Notes: generated by a model from the letters alone, not told the origin. A stretch of 63,987 bases of DNA, filler included, from Dirinaria sp. TL-2023a (GCA_051941275.1; 5 parts of 5 records of this genome joined end to end with filler, not necessarily neighbours in it), one strand, 5' to 3'; shown: positions 1 to 13,082, counted from the whole stretch's first letter. Numbers and translations: made by a program.

Positions 1-4
1 GTTA

Positions 5-1290
5 CACTGTACGTTCGTTCGGAATTCAGCGACCGGATTTGGTGAGATCAGGATTATAGCTCTCATCATCTTCTAGAGTGAAATCGGCGTTCCGCGGGCC
101 GACTAAGGGATCTTTGCCAGAGCCATATGATGGTACGAGCATTGAGAGCGAATTTCAGCCTTTCGGTAGGTTTTGCAGCATTCTGAGCTCATGGTTATAG
201 TGTGCTTCAGTTCTCATACAGATCGAGGCATCTTTGCCAGATCCATAATTGATTGTTCGAGCAACGAAAGCAAATCTCAATTGTCTTTTAGGCTTTGCAG
301 TATGCTGATCTCAGGCCCACAGTGTGATCCCGTCCAGCATCCAGCGAGCAGCTTTGCCGAGATTGGGATTGTAAATTTCGTCGTCTTTCAAGGAGAATCG
401 TTTTTCCAGCGAGCCGATTGCGGAACACCTGCCAGATCCACATCAATGGTTCGAGCAGTGAGAGCGAACCTCAGCTTGTCCAGGGGCTTGGCTGCATGCT
501 GAGGTTATGTCAACACTGTCATTCGGTCCAGCATCCACTGAGCAGCTTACCTCGAAGTATTTTTGAATCTCCGACGTGCACGACGATACTCTTTGATGTG
601 TTTAGCTCGGAGAATAGCGAGTATGCGAGGACCCATAGTCAGCGGAGCCTATAAACGCCATGTCTGACTTTGAGTTTCAAGAGAGCCAGACACTCTTTGC
701 CACGCTCTTCTCTATTTGTCTCATCCTTCTCTTTCTTTTCGAGATAGTATTTGTGCAGAGTACCACCGCTGTCTTCGAGGACGATGTCAATGAGCTCCTC
801 GCTGCTTCTCATCTTCAATTTCCATCTCACGGCCGCTCTTTCTTTTCTTCTATCGCTTTCTGTTGTTGTTGAGCATTTCGCGATGGCCAGAAATTCGATC
901 AAGGCTAAGAAATGTCCCTCTTCTCCTTTTCTTTCCTTTCGAAGTGCATGCGCTTTGCGCGCTGCAGCAGATGCGGATCCAGGAGGTCCGTCTGAGAGTT
1001 GTCTGCAAGGAGTCTTGAGCACAGAGCCATCGACGGCTTGCGCCTCTGAGCACTACGCTCAGCCGGATAGCTTGCGGAGAAGGACACTCACTGGCCGGAG
1101 GTAATTCTCGACAGTGAACTTGACGCTCCACAGGCCAGGTTGGCCATGCTTTGCCGTAATGCTTCTGATAAGCAAAGCTGTGGTTCTAGTGTTGAGATCT
1201 TGTCGCTCCTTCCAGAGCTTGGAGCCTTCAAGAATTTCTTCGGTGGGATCGTACCCCTTCTCACCAAAGATTTGACGATGGTTGGTCGAA
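5..1290 (-). pseudogene. Decayed AlkB-like 2OG-Fe(II) dioxygenase (2OG-FeII_Oxy_2-type), C-terminal part, with tandem copies of the last exon
   Basis: Manual splicing on the minus strand gives ...LLKLKVRHG | intron 591-656 (GT..AAG) | SIVVH(frameshift)SEIQKYFE | intron 499-550 (GTAAGC..CAG) | HAAKPLDKLRFALTARTID. This matches the fungal AlkB-like C-terminus as I recall it (HGDxVVMHGxxIQKYYEHxVxPxxKLRFALTxR), with the distal His and R-x5-R. Frameshifts are present and no HxD motif was found. The upstream boundary is approximate. Confidence 0.55.
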
Positions 1291-1334
1291 TTGCGTCATT
1301 TAGAGTCGTTCACATTTCGGATTCAGCACTCCAG

Positions 1335-1527
1335 CTTTCAGAGACCACATTACCTCAAAACACCGCTGAAGTGCTGAAGGAGCGGTGGGGAAAAAGTCCG
1401 CAACCCTTGGAAGACCTCGACATAATCTTAGTACTTCTTTCAGAGACCACCTTTTCTCAAAATTCTGCTGAAGTACTGAAGGAGCGGTGGGGAAAAAGTC
1501 CGCAAAACCCTTGGAAGACCTCGACAT
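1335..1527. repeat. Tandem duplication of a ~90-100 bp unit (1335-1423 and 1437-1527)
   Basis: Both copies share ctttcagagaccac...gctgaagt[g/a]ctgaaggagcggtggggaaaaagtccgcaa...cccttggaagacctcgacat. Confidence 0.9.
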
Positions 1528-1720
1528 GGTTTCAGTGAATACTACCTATGTCGCACCATATTGTCTGCAAGTGTGCTTGCTAGAGAAACAGCAAACCCTC
1601 CAATTTCGTTTTCTGTATTCTCGGGTAAAGATGGTGGACAAGGAAGTTTTGTGACTCTGTCAAGACGCGATGTTGGAGGCAGTTGCGTCTGCAAAACGCG
1701 AGTACTGCCGCGAATTAGGA

Positions 1721-2207
1721 CCTCCTAAACAAGACGCTGTGAAGTTCTTTCATTTAGTGCGTCAAAAGAAACAGAACGCGAATTACTTACACTGCCCGTA
1801 AATATCACTACAAAGTTTGACTCTCTGCTACGTGATGTGCTTGAGATCATCCTTGTTGAGCTTCGCAAGGTGGTCTTTCTTCCATTTCGAATAAAGGTCA
1901 TTCTTCTCTTTCTCGAACTGGGCTTTGGAAACATGCCCGTACTTGGCATTGAGGTCTCGTCGCTCTCGGAGAGCTTTCAAAGCGTGACTCGTTTGCTCTC
2001 GCATCGTTTGATCGCGACGATGAATGCTGAGAAGACCTCGATGATGATAGAAGAGAGTTATTTGGGTCTATGGAAGGCGACCAGTATCTGCCTCCTGAAC
2101 AAGAACTTGTAAAGTTCGTTAAGCTTGTGCGTCAAAAGAGATAGAACGCGAATGACTTACATGGCGTTATAGATACTACTGCAAAGTTTGACGCTCTGCT
2201 ACCTGAT
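1721..2207. repeat. Diverged direct repeat of ~117 bp (1721-1837 and 2091-2207) containing a minus-strand intron donor
   Basis: Both copies share cctcct.aacaaga...gtgcgtcaaaaga.a.agaacgcgaat.acttaca...caaagtttgac.ctctgctac.tgatg. The acttac reads GTAAGT on the minus strand. Confidence 0.8.
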
Positions 2208-5200
2208 GGGCCTCGTATGCTTCATGGGCTCATGGGCGGTGAAGATCGGCGCCACGATGGAGGACAGGCCTGTGTCTGTTGATGCTACAGCCATTACAGG
2301 AAAAGAGGACTCAGGACTCGAAGAAGCCTGAAGATGAGGAACATCTCTGCGGCGTAGAATAAAGCGGTTTTGGGCATCCAAATGCCAGTATAAAGCGAGG
2401 ATGCGAATCAAGGACAAAGCAAAGATGAATACATTTTGGCATGGAAAAAATAACCATTTAGGGAAGGCAGGTCGGTGATCCTGATGTGGAGGCAATGTGT
2501 GTGATTTTGGAGAGGGTGAAGAGTTGATTTGTGTGCTTATCATCTTAGTGCCACCAGGTGCAGGTCTGAACACCCCTCGATTGCGCAGTCGACGACTCAG
2601 CATAGAACCTTCCGGACCACATGTTCACAACTTCACAAGCAACATATATATGCCTAAATCTACTGTTCTGGACAGTAGCCTTAGGTGTTTTTCTGGCAGG
2701 CTGTAGCCTTTTCTCGATGCCGGTGGATGGACTTTGAGCAAACCTCAACACAAAGGTAGCTCGGAGAAGTAAAATATTCTACAAGGCTCGTCGAAAACCA
2801 CCATGAGCAGTATTTACAAAAGAAGCCTATGCTGTAGATCTGCACAGACGTGCTCTAGCCTCTGGCAAGCAAATCATTATTGAGCTCTCTTCCTTACCAG
2901 GCTGAAGATACTTTTAGCATAAGCATCGATACTTCGGAGAGCAGCTGGTACAATAAGTCAAGAAAGTAAGTATCAAAGGCCTAACTACAGATTTCTATTC
3001 AACCCAAGCATATTATTCATAGAAAGAAATCTAGAATCGAACATGGGCCCGGACATCTATCGCTCCACGCCGATGCTTGAGAGAAATCGGAACGCTTTCA
3101 TGAACAGGATTGTATTTTGAACGCCAAGCCCTCCTCTTCGCCATGGTAATCTTTCTATTTTAAGGAAGACTAGCCATTCTGGAAAGTTTAGCTGGGGAGA
3201 GCGATTTCAAGCGATAGGGTAATTAACGCGATCAAATCTATGTACCCGCCTCAAGATAGTCCACTTGGGCACGCTCGCCAATAAGTGCAACCATCTCTTC
3301 TTCCAGTTTCGCATGCTAATAGATTATATTCCCCAGATATCTCCCTTGCACTTACCAACCACTTTTTCCTCGACCGTTCGCTATACTACACGCCGTCCAA
3401 ACGACTCTAATGCTTCCTCAGGTCTTCTTTTTCATCGATCATGTTTTCCATACCAGAGGTTGTAGCCAAGAAAGCATATTACAGTGAGCTTGACGTATTT
3501 ATCCTCACGCTAGCTACGATCAGGGCACAATAAACAGTTAAGAAGGTCTTAAGTTGCAATTTACATTATCATGCATCGGAAATTTATCGGGCCTTCCAAG
3601 CATCGAGAAGAAAGAACAGCGTTCTTGTATAAATTTCGCAAAAGCAGAGCTATGCGACTACCACCAAAAAACCCCACGGCTCTTGCCGATATTCAGACTC
3701 CTGAAAAATGTTTGATACGGTCCTCAAGTGTCATCACCAATAGTTTCCTAGGATGACTCTATGCTAGAAAAACACTCCTGCAAACCACCAAACCGGTCAC
3801 GATTTGTCTGATTTGCTTCAAGACAGGAAGGCGTACAAAGATTTATGCTCTGGCAGCTGCTAGGCTTTTGGACCCCACAATGCATGGACAAATGGGCAAC
3901 GAGATCACAACGGAGTAGTCTACAACTTGAAGCGCCAATGTCGAAAGGTTAAATGGTTAATATTATAGTAGTACCATAGCACAAGAAGGATTACCAACAA
4001 GGAGTAGAACTGGATCAATGCACTACTATGTAAACTCAAGTGGAGGAGCATTTGTTCTGGCCAGCTCTGGGATCAAATTTTGGAACATACCATTCTCCAA
4101 AAAAATTTCTAGATCGACCGTTCATCCACGCAGATTCGAAATCGCGAGATGTAAGTAAAAATATCAACAAGAGTATCAAGCACTTCCTTCTCGAATGTCC
4201 CTTCAGACGCTACGCTCCGTAACAGCCCTTCCTGAGAATCCTGCTTACGTCGCCAGCATATATCTAATGGCACAAATTGTCCCCATTTCATATAGTTCCG
4301 CCATTCTCCAGGCCTATATATATGTCTTTGCTCCACCCAATACGTTGGGCTTTGGAACAATTTCACAGATTTTGCTATGCAGTGAAATTTTTCTCTCTCG
4401 ATTATCTACATGTACTTAAGCTACAAAGAAACGCATCAAACCTCCATTTTAAAAGCTTCCTGACAACCTTCTCGGGTGCTGCAACAAGTAGAAGACCCTT
4501 CCTGTAGATGGCTGGCAGTGTATTCTTCGTGCGCACTCTCTCACCGAGTGCTATCTCTCTTTCGCGTTTAAAGGTAGCTTATTCGCTATAATATTTGAGA
4601 TCAAGCGATGAAAGCTGAAGGGAAAGGTGCCGTAGTCCGAGCTGCAACCCGACAAGACGCACTAGATCCTTTATCTTTTCTCTCGAGAGAATGTTCTATA
4701 TAGACGCTTGGATTCTGTAAGCGGAAAAGTTTCCAGAAGCCTTACTAGAGTAGCACCATCTTCGTTCAAGAAAGACCAGCTTTTTTTGACCTAAAGTACA
4801 ACCACGAAGAGCTTACTCAGATGCAGTCAAGATGCGAAGACGAAGATTAGTTGAACAGCATTACACCGCACAGTATGATATTCTTGCTCTTTGCTAAGCC
4901 GATATTTTTAACAAGCCAAACCCCCCCGGCGCTCTTTTTTTGGGGGGAGGGGGTTCTTCCCTGATCGCTCATTCCAGAACCTTAGACGTTGAATCTATCC
5001 GCACCAATTTAATTCTCCGAGAAAATAATGGTTTTTTCATCCCACCCCAAGATCTCAATTGGACCCAACTACGAGCTTCCTCCTGTATTCATAACAAAGA
5101 AAATATTTCCTAAAGTATAACTCACTGCTCAAGTCAGTCACATTACCTACCTCTGTACGTATTTTGCACAGCACTCATGCTGAACTCTTCTTCATCAAAT

Positions 5201-7779
5201 ACTATGCCTCTCTCTTTCTACTCCTAGATCATCTGTATAGAGAGTTCGCTATGCAAATTCCTTTTCTTGTTTATTTTTTCTTTGTTTCGTAAATTCTTCT
5301 CAGCAGCTGAAGATATGTAATGACAGCTACGTCCTGAAAGCGATTTCTAAGCTGGAAAAGATGGAAATAAGCATTAACTATCATACGTAGATCTCTTTTG
5401 CAGAGAATTGCCTTTCGTGAACATTTCTCATCGATCGTCGTCGTCATCTTTTTTTTTTTTTTTTGGTGGAAAGGGGGGTTGTTTTCCGGTCACAATCAGC
5501 GATACAACGCTCTAAACCCATCAATACAGAATATAAGTCGTCCTAGTACAAATAATCCCTGTACCCATATCCATCAATTCAGTCTAGGAACCATGGAACC
5601 TCTTTCTTATCCCATTCTTCCTGGGATAACAGAATTAGCCTCTCCTAGCTAGGTACTGAAACCTGCACAAGGCACAAAAAACCCTAATTCCTGCGCAGCA
5701 GCGGAGAATCCGTGATCCAGTACCTGCTCAAGTTCGTTCAAGACATGTTCTATCGTTCTCATGGGTATGTTACTTTCATAATCGTGGCATTATAGTGCCT
5801 GTATCATTCTGAGCGATTCTTTTTTTCTTTCTCATGCCCGGAAACTGGGTTGCTGGACGTGGATACAGAATCGATGGATGGTTTGCCGCTTGATTTCTCT
5901 TGTTTTTGGCACTTGAACGGGTTTCGTGATAATGTATTCCAGCAGCACAGAGTCTCGATATAAGAATCTATGACTCATTTTTCTGGTCTAGAAAGGGTAT
6001 TGATTATACCACCTTGCCGCTGATCAGATTTAATTTATACATTACACTCGTTCCTGATATTGCTCACAGACGGGACCACTACATCTCGCTTTTATGCTAG
6101 ACCTAGCCTATTTTCGATTGCTGAATTATATCCGTCTTGGGGATTTGAGAGAAAAGAAAAATTTCAACCGTCTTTCAAATACTAGTTCCCTTCTGAGGTG
6201 TTGGTAGTTCTGCACCACGAGCTTTATATAAGGGGGGAAACAAGAAGCGGTTTTAAACTGCCTTCAAATAAAAAAGCTACATGTAAGTAGCCTGTAGTTG
6301 ATCTCCTGTACATTCCTTTACCACATCTCTAACCAGCCATTGTTTTCCTTTCCCGCTGCATCCGGCCGGATTTCATTGTTTCAGATGATTTCTTAACGGG
6401 ATACTAGTTTGCCAGTTTTTGTTTTCGGAGTTCGCGGACTTAAATCCTGAGTGATCTATATAGAGGACATCTTTACTAGCATCGACGTCTGGCATAGATT
6501 ATTCAAATCTTTTTTTTTTTCTGCCTAATCAAGCGAACGGTCTGTGAATATATTTCTTTTACTTTTGATTGACATTATTCTTTCTATTTCTGACTCGAAG
6601 TCGCTACGTTAGGAATCTGATCGCTGCAATTCCTCTTATGATGTAGGTTGATTTTCTAATTGGAGTGGTGCATTCTTAATCTCATCGAGAGCGGAGATAG
6701 TTTTAATACGACAGTTGCTTCGAAAAAGGCGTCAGTGTCTCCATCCTTACGAATTTTTCAATTTATCGCTATATTCGTCATTCTATCTCTCTCGAAACAG
6801 CTCCTCAGGCTCTAAATGATGTCTACAGAGTCTTATCAGCAGAGAATTTGCTTTCTTTTTCTTTACGTGATATGGGCTATCAATGAAGATAGAGTTCGTA
6901 ATCGCAAGTCTTTGCTGAATCCTGTGATCAGTAGCGCAAAGTTATGTTTATCGCTTTTGAATTCTAGTCTTAGATGATTCTCGTTGGTAGGGTTGTCGGT
7001 GTTCGGTGTTCGGCGTGTCGTATATTTCTTTTTTCGACCCAAGTTGGTGGTCTAGGCTTTGAAAGATTTGTATTGGGTTTTGGGTTCTAAAATAAAGGCG
7101 CGCAAGTCGTCATAATCCGAGCATCGTATATGATATAACGCTGAAGCTGTATGAAGAATTTTGTTAAACATATGGACCTTTCTTCTTGTTTGTCCTGAGC
7201 AGGCAATAGATCCGACTCTCAGACCTTTGAGAGAGCCGTGCTTAAGAAGCACCGGTCTGATATCATATATTCCACGGAATCTCCTCCGTAAAAGCCGATC
7301 TGTCTTCTTTGTTTTTTTCGCACCAGCATTTTAGTAGTGGGATTATTTGTCTCTTGTGTGAAGCTGAGATAGCAGATATTTATCCAAACCATCGATGAAA
7401 GCATGAAACTCTATCCTTCCTCAAAACCCTCCTCTTAGCTGCTGAACGCTGTGATTTAAGTTCCCAGAAAACCTTGCTAAAAGAAGGCGAATCTGGTGCA
7501 AGAAGAAAATGCTTTTTTCCTGAGCTGAGCAGGCTATACAGGCCATGAAATTTGCACTAGTTGTCACTACTGTATCTATGCTTTAAGTTCTCAGACGGCG
7601 TCTTTGAATCACTGGGCCTTACTTTTCTCACGAACTGTCACTTTCTCTATTCGCTCCGCTCGGCGCTTTAGGCGCCGGATTCATCTGTATATTACGGATT
7701 CCTCTATGAAGAGATCGGCTGCTCGATGTTACGACACCGAGATGTGAGATAAGGAGATGCTGCAGTTGATGCAACGAGT

Positions 7780-8320
7780 GTGATGGTCTTATCGACTCCT
7801 TTCCGTCTTGCAAGTCTAATAATTTTGATTCAGGTTTTGATTTTTGCAATCCGAACTTTTTGGAATTTAATTGATGAAGCGCAGATTTGGTAGAGAAAAG
7901 TGACCTCTCTTAGACCTAATTGTGTCTTGATTGTTGAAATGTGGTATCGCCCTCTTCTCTCGACTTTAGAGATATGTTGCTGTAACTCAAATACGAAAAG
8001 CTCGAACGCATTTCTACAGTGCATTCCTGGGAATGAAAAGGATTCTCGTTAGCTTAGCGGACATGAAAGTCTTCCAAGTTTATGTATCAATTCAATGCAA
8101 ATAACATGTACCTTGCTCGCTCCTTATTTGATAGGTATGTTTGAGAAGCTGAGCTCTATGATGAGACTTTATACCCTCGACATTTGTAGCACAGTTCTAC
8201 CCCTGTGGCTAAAATTTTCGTCTTTTATTATCTCGAGGCTGGTGCACCTTACCTTTTTCGCTCGATACAATCGATCAGACTCTGGATCTTTTAGCACTTG
8301 TTGAGAAGCAAAGAGGCTCT
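7780..8320 (-). pseudogene. Possible heavily decayed Ser/Thr protein kinase relic
   Basis: Fragments across frames: VLKDPESDRLYRAKKV (like subdomain II), an intron-like GTACAT..GCTAAC..CAG, then LREVTFLYQI / ALHQLNSKKFGLQKSKPESKLLD (like ALxYLHSKxIxHRDxKPENxLLD but without HRD). Many stops. Weak similarity only. Confidence 0.25.
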
Positions 8321-11300
8321 TCCCTCGACTTTGCAGAGCAAATCTCCTCTTCCCGATATGTGGCTATGCATTCGAGTACCTCATTAGGAATTTCCCACCA
8401 ACGAAGGTCTTGTCGAGGGAAGCCGTATATCCGGTATTAATTCTGGGGGCTTAGGAGATTGCTGTAAATGTATTCAAGAAAAGGAAGTCATGGAAATTGA
8501 TGAGTTGCACTTGTCGAACCCAATCTAGAGCGACTAGCCGTTAGTTTAATAGGCCTGAGAGGGGGATTCCATTTTCATCCACATCAACCTACTGAAGTTT
8601 CGATCCGACGATTTATGTTCCATCGAACATCGCACCAGAAACGAAATGCTTCCAGATTCACATCAGGTCTGTTTTCCGTTTTTCTAGTTATCTAATTCAT
8701 GATCCATTCCGCCTTATCAGTACGACCCTCCATTGGTGATGCCAGCATGAGCAATCGGGAAGAACTCCAGATCCCTTGAGACAGGGTCCTTAGACAAGAA
8801 AAGCCAGATTAAAGACTGTGTTCCTCTATGGTTAGTACCCTTGTGCCTCGTTCAAGTCTCAAGGCTCCGACAGGTCAATTCCGTTTTAGACAAGATTTAG
8901 GCTGCCGACTAGTACTAGACACCACGAATAAGTTTATTAAGGTAATTAGTAAAGAGTCTAGGCCCCTTGATAATAATATAGCGTCTTCTAGACAAGGAAT
9001 CCACAGCCACAAAGCCTGACTCACCCTGCTTGTCTTCGTATTTTTGGTCCGTATTCTTGTCCAAGTGCCATACTTGAGACATGGCTCCCTTTTTCCTTTA
9101 GAGTATAGAGAGCATAACGAGTAGTATTCATTGAAGAGGCTCGTAGCTCCTCTGCGATAAATGTTTTGAAATAAGGGACCCAAGGCCAAAGGCTGGCTTC
9201 GTTTTCTGCCGGTATTCTTCTTCAAGCGGCGAAGTTTCGATAGATGTGTAATGTCTCAGATGACGCTCTCTGGACCATCCAGTTAGTTACATATAACTCC
9301 ACCTCTCTTGAGCTAGTAGGATCTTTAGACAATGAAACCCAGACCCAAGGCCGTCTTCATGTTTAGTCAAATTGATGCTCTTATTTCAAATGCTAAATTC
9401 CGACAAGTTCATTGAATGCGAGACTAAACTCCCCATACGGCTATATATTAGAGCGCACTGCGCTCATGATATGCTTCGCAACGCTGAGTAGTCCGGTACA
9501 GGTCCAAAGGCATTGCCCAAATTGTTTTTTGAGACCCTTGGTGTTGAATCACTAATCTTATCTTGGTCAAGCGTATATGAAGGAGACGAAGAACGCGAAT
9601 AAGAATGAGCCGGGGCACAGAAAAAGAAAAATGGCAAGAAATATTCGTACCTCAAGACCTTGTAAACCTACCCGCGCTAGAAGAAACCTTCCACCGGCAC
9701 TAAACCCGATCTAGTAAAAACACCTACACCACTCCCAAAAACTTTGTATAATCCAGGAAACTTCTCAGATAAATTCCCCGCCAAAGTATGACATGTGAAA
9801 TGATTACGTTTCGAAACATCTGAGTAAGAATAGCTGCCATCTTTATCAACCAAGCATCAAAGCATAAACCGGCAAGTCGTTATTGCGTGCCTCTATGGTC
9901 CTGCCCCTTTGACCTTCATGCGCCTGCCTCGAACTATATCTCAAGTATTCCTTTTCTTCAGAACAAGAGGCCAGGAGACCTAAAAAGCAACGCTACGCGT
10001 TGAGACTTCGCGGTCCGTTGGTTTTCTTCCTCCACGTGCTATTCCTTTGCACGTTCTGTATAGAAAAACCTGTAGGATCCGCATGGATAGATTCGCGACA
10101 GACATCCATCCTTTAGAGAGACCAGTGGCAGCTTCAGGGTTAGGTATTTAACCAAATCGATCCTGTAAGCAGCACGACCGTGAAGGGTGTTCAAAGCCAG
10201 TGGCTGTTAGCTCCGATCCCCCGCACAACTACGTTGATTGAGGGGCAGGCTACTCAAGTCGCTCCGTTAACAAAGAAAAGGAAAAGTAGAGAAGAAAAAG
10301 AAAAGAAAGTTCTCGGCAGGAGGTCCACAAGTGCCTGGTTCTGATACCTTTTTCAACCCTGGTCAAACATACTATTTCTGCCATGAATTTCATTATTAGA
10401 GCAAATATGCATTCAAGATGTAAGTCCAAACTGGGAGTCCATTGTTCCTTCGGTCGACAGCCCGCCGGCAAGGACCCATCTATTGGACTTCGCTCTTAGT
10501 TGAAAATGTCAACGGTGCAGATTCGAAAAGAGCGGATCGACAAGAACCCAATATTTGTAGCCGAAAGCGTTCCCCAATGCTTATGATATCGCTACTTCTC
10601 CTTACCTTTACAGAGTTTGAAAGGGTGCCCAAACCCGACAAAGCTGGCAGTCGACCCTGTGGTGGTCTGGACGGGGCTCTTCTAGGTTTGAAGTCCCAAA
10701 TATGGTTCCTAGATCATGATTATCTCAGTCAATCCTTTGGAAAGGCGTTGATTTGGTTGAGAACCAGGAGCTCAGACCAAGAGCCCGTAATAGGACAAAA
10801 AGAATGTAAGTGGTCAGCACTTACATGCAATTGCACAAGGAGCAAGTGAGTCTGTCTAGTTTATTTCTCGCCTGCCTTTCTCCAAAGCTCCCAGGCTTCT
10901 TCATCGTGTTGATCACATTACTTTTCCTATTCTTCTTCCTGCCTTACTCAACTTGTGCTGTATAGTTTCTTCCAAGACCCTCGTCCGTCTCGTCTTTGTA
11001 GCTTTCGTCCTACTCATGTTCGATGTCTTCGTATCTTTTTTCAGCGTTCTGGTGGCTGAAGCCATTATCCTTACAGGCTTTGTCATAAGTGGCTTCCAGA
11101 TCCTTCGTGCAGAAATCCAAGTTCCGTCCATGGCTCCGGTCACCTCTTTCCTGATGGCCGAGACTGGACAATTTCGAATCGGTAGCCACCAACGTGGACA
11201 GACATGCCTCAGAAGTGTATGTGCTAGTCCTTGTTCGATGTCCTTCACCCTAGTCTTGGTCCGGACTGTTTGAGCGTTCTATGGTCTCGTGGGTCACGTT

Positions 11301-12887
11301 GGTGTAAGGAGGTGGTGGCCGCTTCGCCGAATTCGAGTGTACCCAGGAATATCATCATCGTCTTGAGTAACAAAAGCAACCATTGGTCTAGGTTCACGCT
11401 TTTGGATGTTTGTAGAGGGCCGTTTCGACTCCTATCTCAACTCAATGAAGGACGTTAGCAGGCATCTTCAAATCTGTAGGACTTACAGCATCTCCTTGTA
11501 AAGCCTCTCTTCCCTTGGCAGGTCTCTCGGAATGTGAGTTCCTCTGCATCCAAAGTCACACCTTTCTTCTGCTGATCCGCAGGGTCTCCGGTATCTTGGA
11601 GTATGGTCACGAAAGTATATTCCAATCCATGACCACAGAGCTCACTGGCAATGAGTGTTTGTAGTCTTTTGGGTGTTCCATCAATTCTTCGTTTTGTAAT
11701 GAAGATGTCACGATCCCCTTCCGCCATCATCTTAGACATCGCAACATAAAGCTGTCCATGAGGGAGCTGAGTATCCGCTGTTGGCGCACAACATTGCTTT
11801 GAGGTATGGTTGAGCTGGGCTTGTCCGAGCTACAAATTAGCAAAGTCCTCCTGCTCAATAGCGTGTCTTGTACATTGACATCCTTCTGTATACTTAGTTT
11901 TGAGCTGCGTTCCGCTCCAGCTTCGTATGCCCCTGCCGAGCGTAGGAATGTGTAGCTTGGTTCTGTCAAGTAAGGGTGGTCAAACGTCGTATATTTCTGG
12001 CTTTAGACAGCATCATGAAGGTTGGTGAAACAACAAGTAAGAGAATGGGAACGAGGTAGGCCTCGGGCAAGGGCTGGTAGCAAGCAAATCAGCCTTGCTG
12101 ACAGTTCTTCGCCTGAAGAACTGTATTTGTATCCCTGCAACCATAGAATTCTGCCCTGTCTGGCCATTTGCCTGTCATGATGGCTCTAGCTGCAGGTCAG
12201 TCCAGTCTCCTAACTCCTCCAAAATGGTTTTACATACCAATTGTTCGAGGGGCCTGAAGCTCCCCACTCTGAAGCTGTCGTCTCCCCAAGTGGTTTGCTC
12301 AGTGATCATTGTTTCTACTGCTTTCCCTTCATTCTTTGTGTTATTCTGCTCAAATTCTCTTTTCAGCGCTCTCGTCTGTCTTGGTCAAGCCTAGAGGCAG
12401 AATCATTAGCTCGACGACCTATTAATTTCTTTCCGAGCTTCAGTAACTGTACCCCTATCTTGTCGAGCAACATATCCACAAGATCAGCTCCTTTGGTATA
12501 ATGAGCCAGATGTGTCGTGAGGGCGGCCTGAGAGAAGCATAAGCGCAGCGTGCCTCAGACTTCGTTCAGCTGGGAGCTTGCAGAGCGCTGAACTATCCTG
12601 ATGGCGAAATTCTGAAGATCTTCCTTGCGATCAGAAGATTGTTCCAAGGCAAGATGGTAGCCAGGCCCACCAAGGTAGTAAGGCGCAGAGCTGCTGCTGT
12701 ACCAAGGGGGTGGTATCCCTCCTCAGAGAATCAGAGGAATCAGGAATAAGCCTGAAGACGTAGATGGGCTGGATCAACAAGAGAATAACCTGCAGCAGGC
12801 TCTTTAACAGTTTCTGAGTGTGAAAGAAAATGAGTGAAAGCTTTTGTGGGGGCAATTAATTCAGCTAACGCTGCACGACTACATAAT

Positions 12888-12987
12888 NNNNNNNNNNNNN
12901 NNNNNNNNNNNNNNNNNNNNNNNNNNNNNNNTTAATTAATTAANNNNNNNNNNNNNNNNNNNNNNNNNNNNNNNNNNNNNNNNNNNN
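12888..12987. other. Artificial contig linker
   Basis: 44 N + TTAATTAATTAA (stops in all six frames) + 44 N. Confidence 0.98.
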
Positions 12988-13082
12988 CCCCCCCCCTCCT
13001 CCCCACACCAAACATCGCCAGTCTGCTCGAGATATCGAACGCAATCGCTGACCATTATTCTTCTTCTCTCTCTCCACCACAG

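Noticed and set aside
5..600. Spaced repeats read as a CRISPR-like array
   Set aside because: The units are long, diverged, intron-containing coding duplications in a eukaryote, and there are no cas genes.
10900..12860. Starship captain (DUF3435) or DUF3723 cargo gene
   Set aside because: Manual translation showed no tyrosine-recombinase or DUF3723 motifs, only unidentifiable broken frames.
12932..12943. TTAATTAATTAA recurring every ~12.9 kb, read as a biological periodic element or repeat array
   Set aside because: It is always centred in N44/N44 padding, so it is a synthetic six-frame-stop linker.
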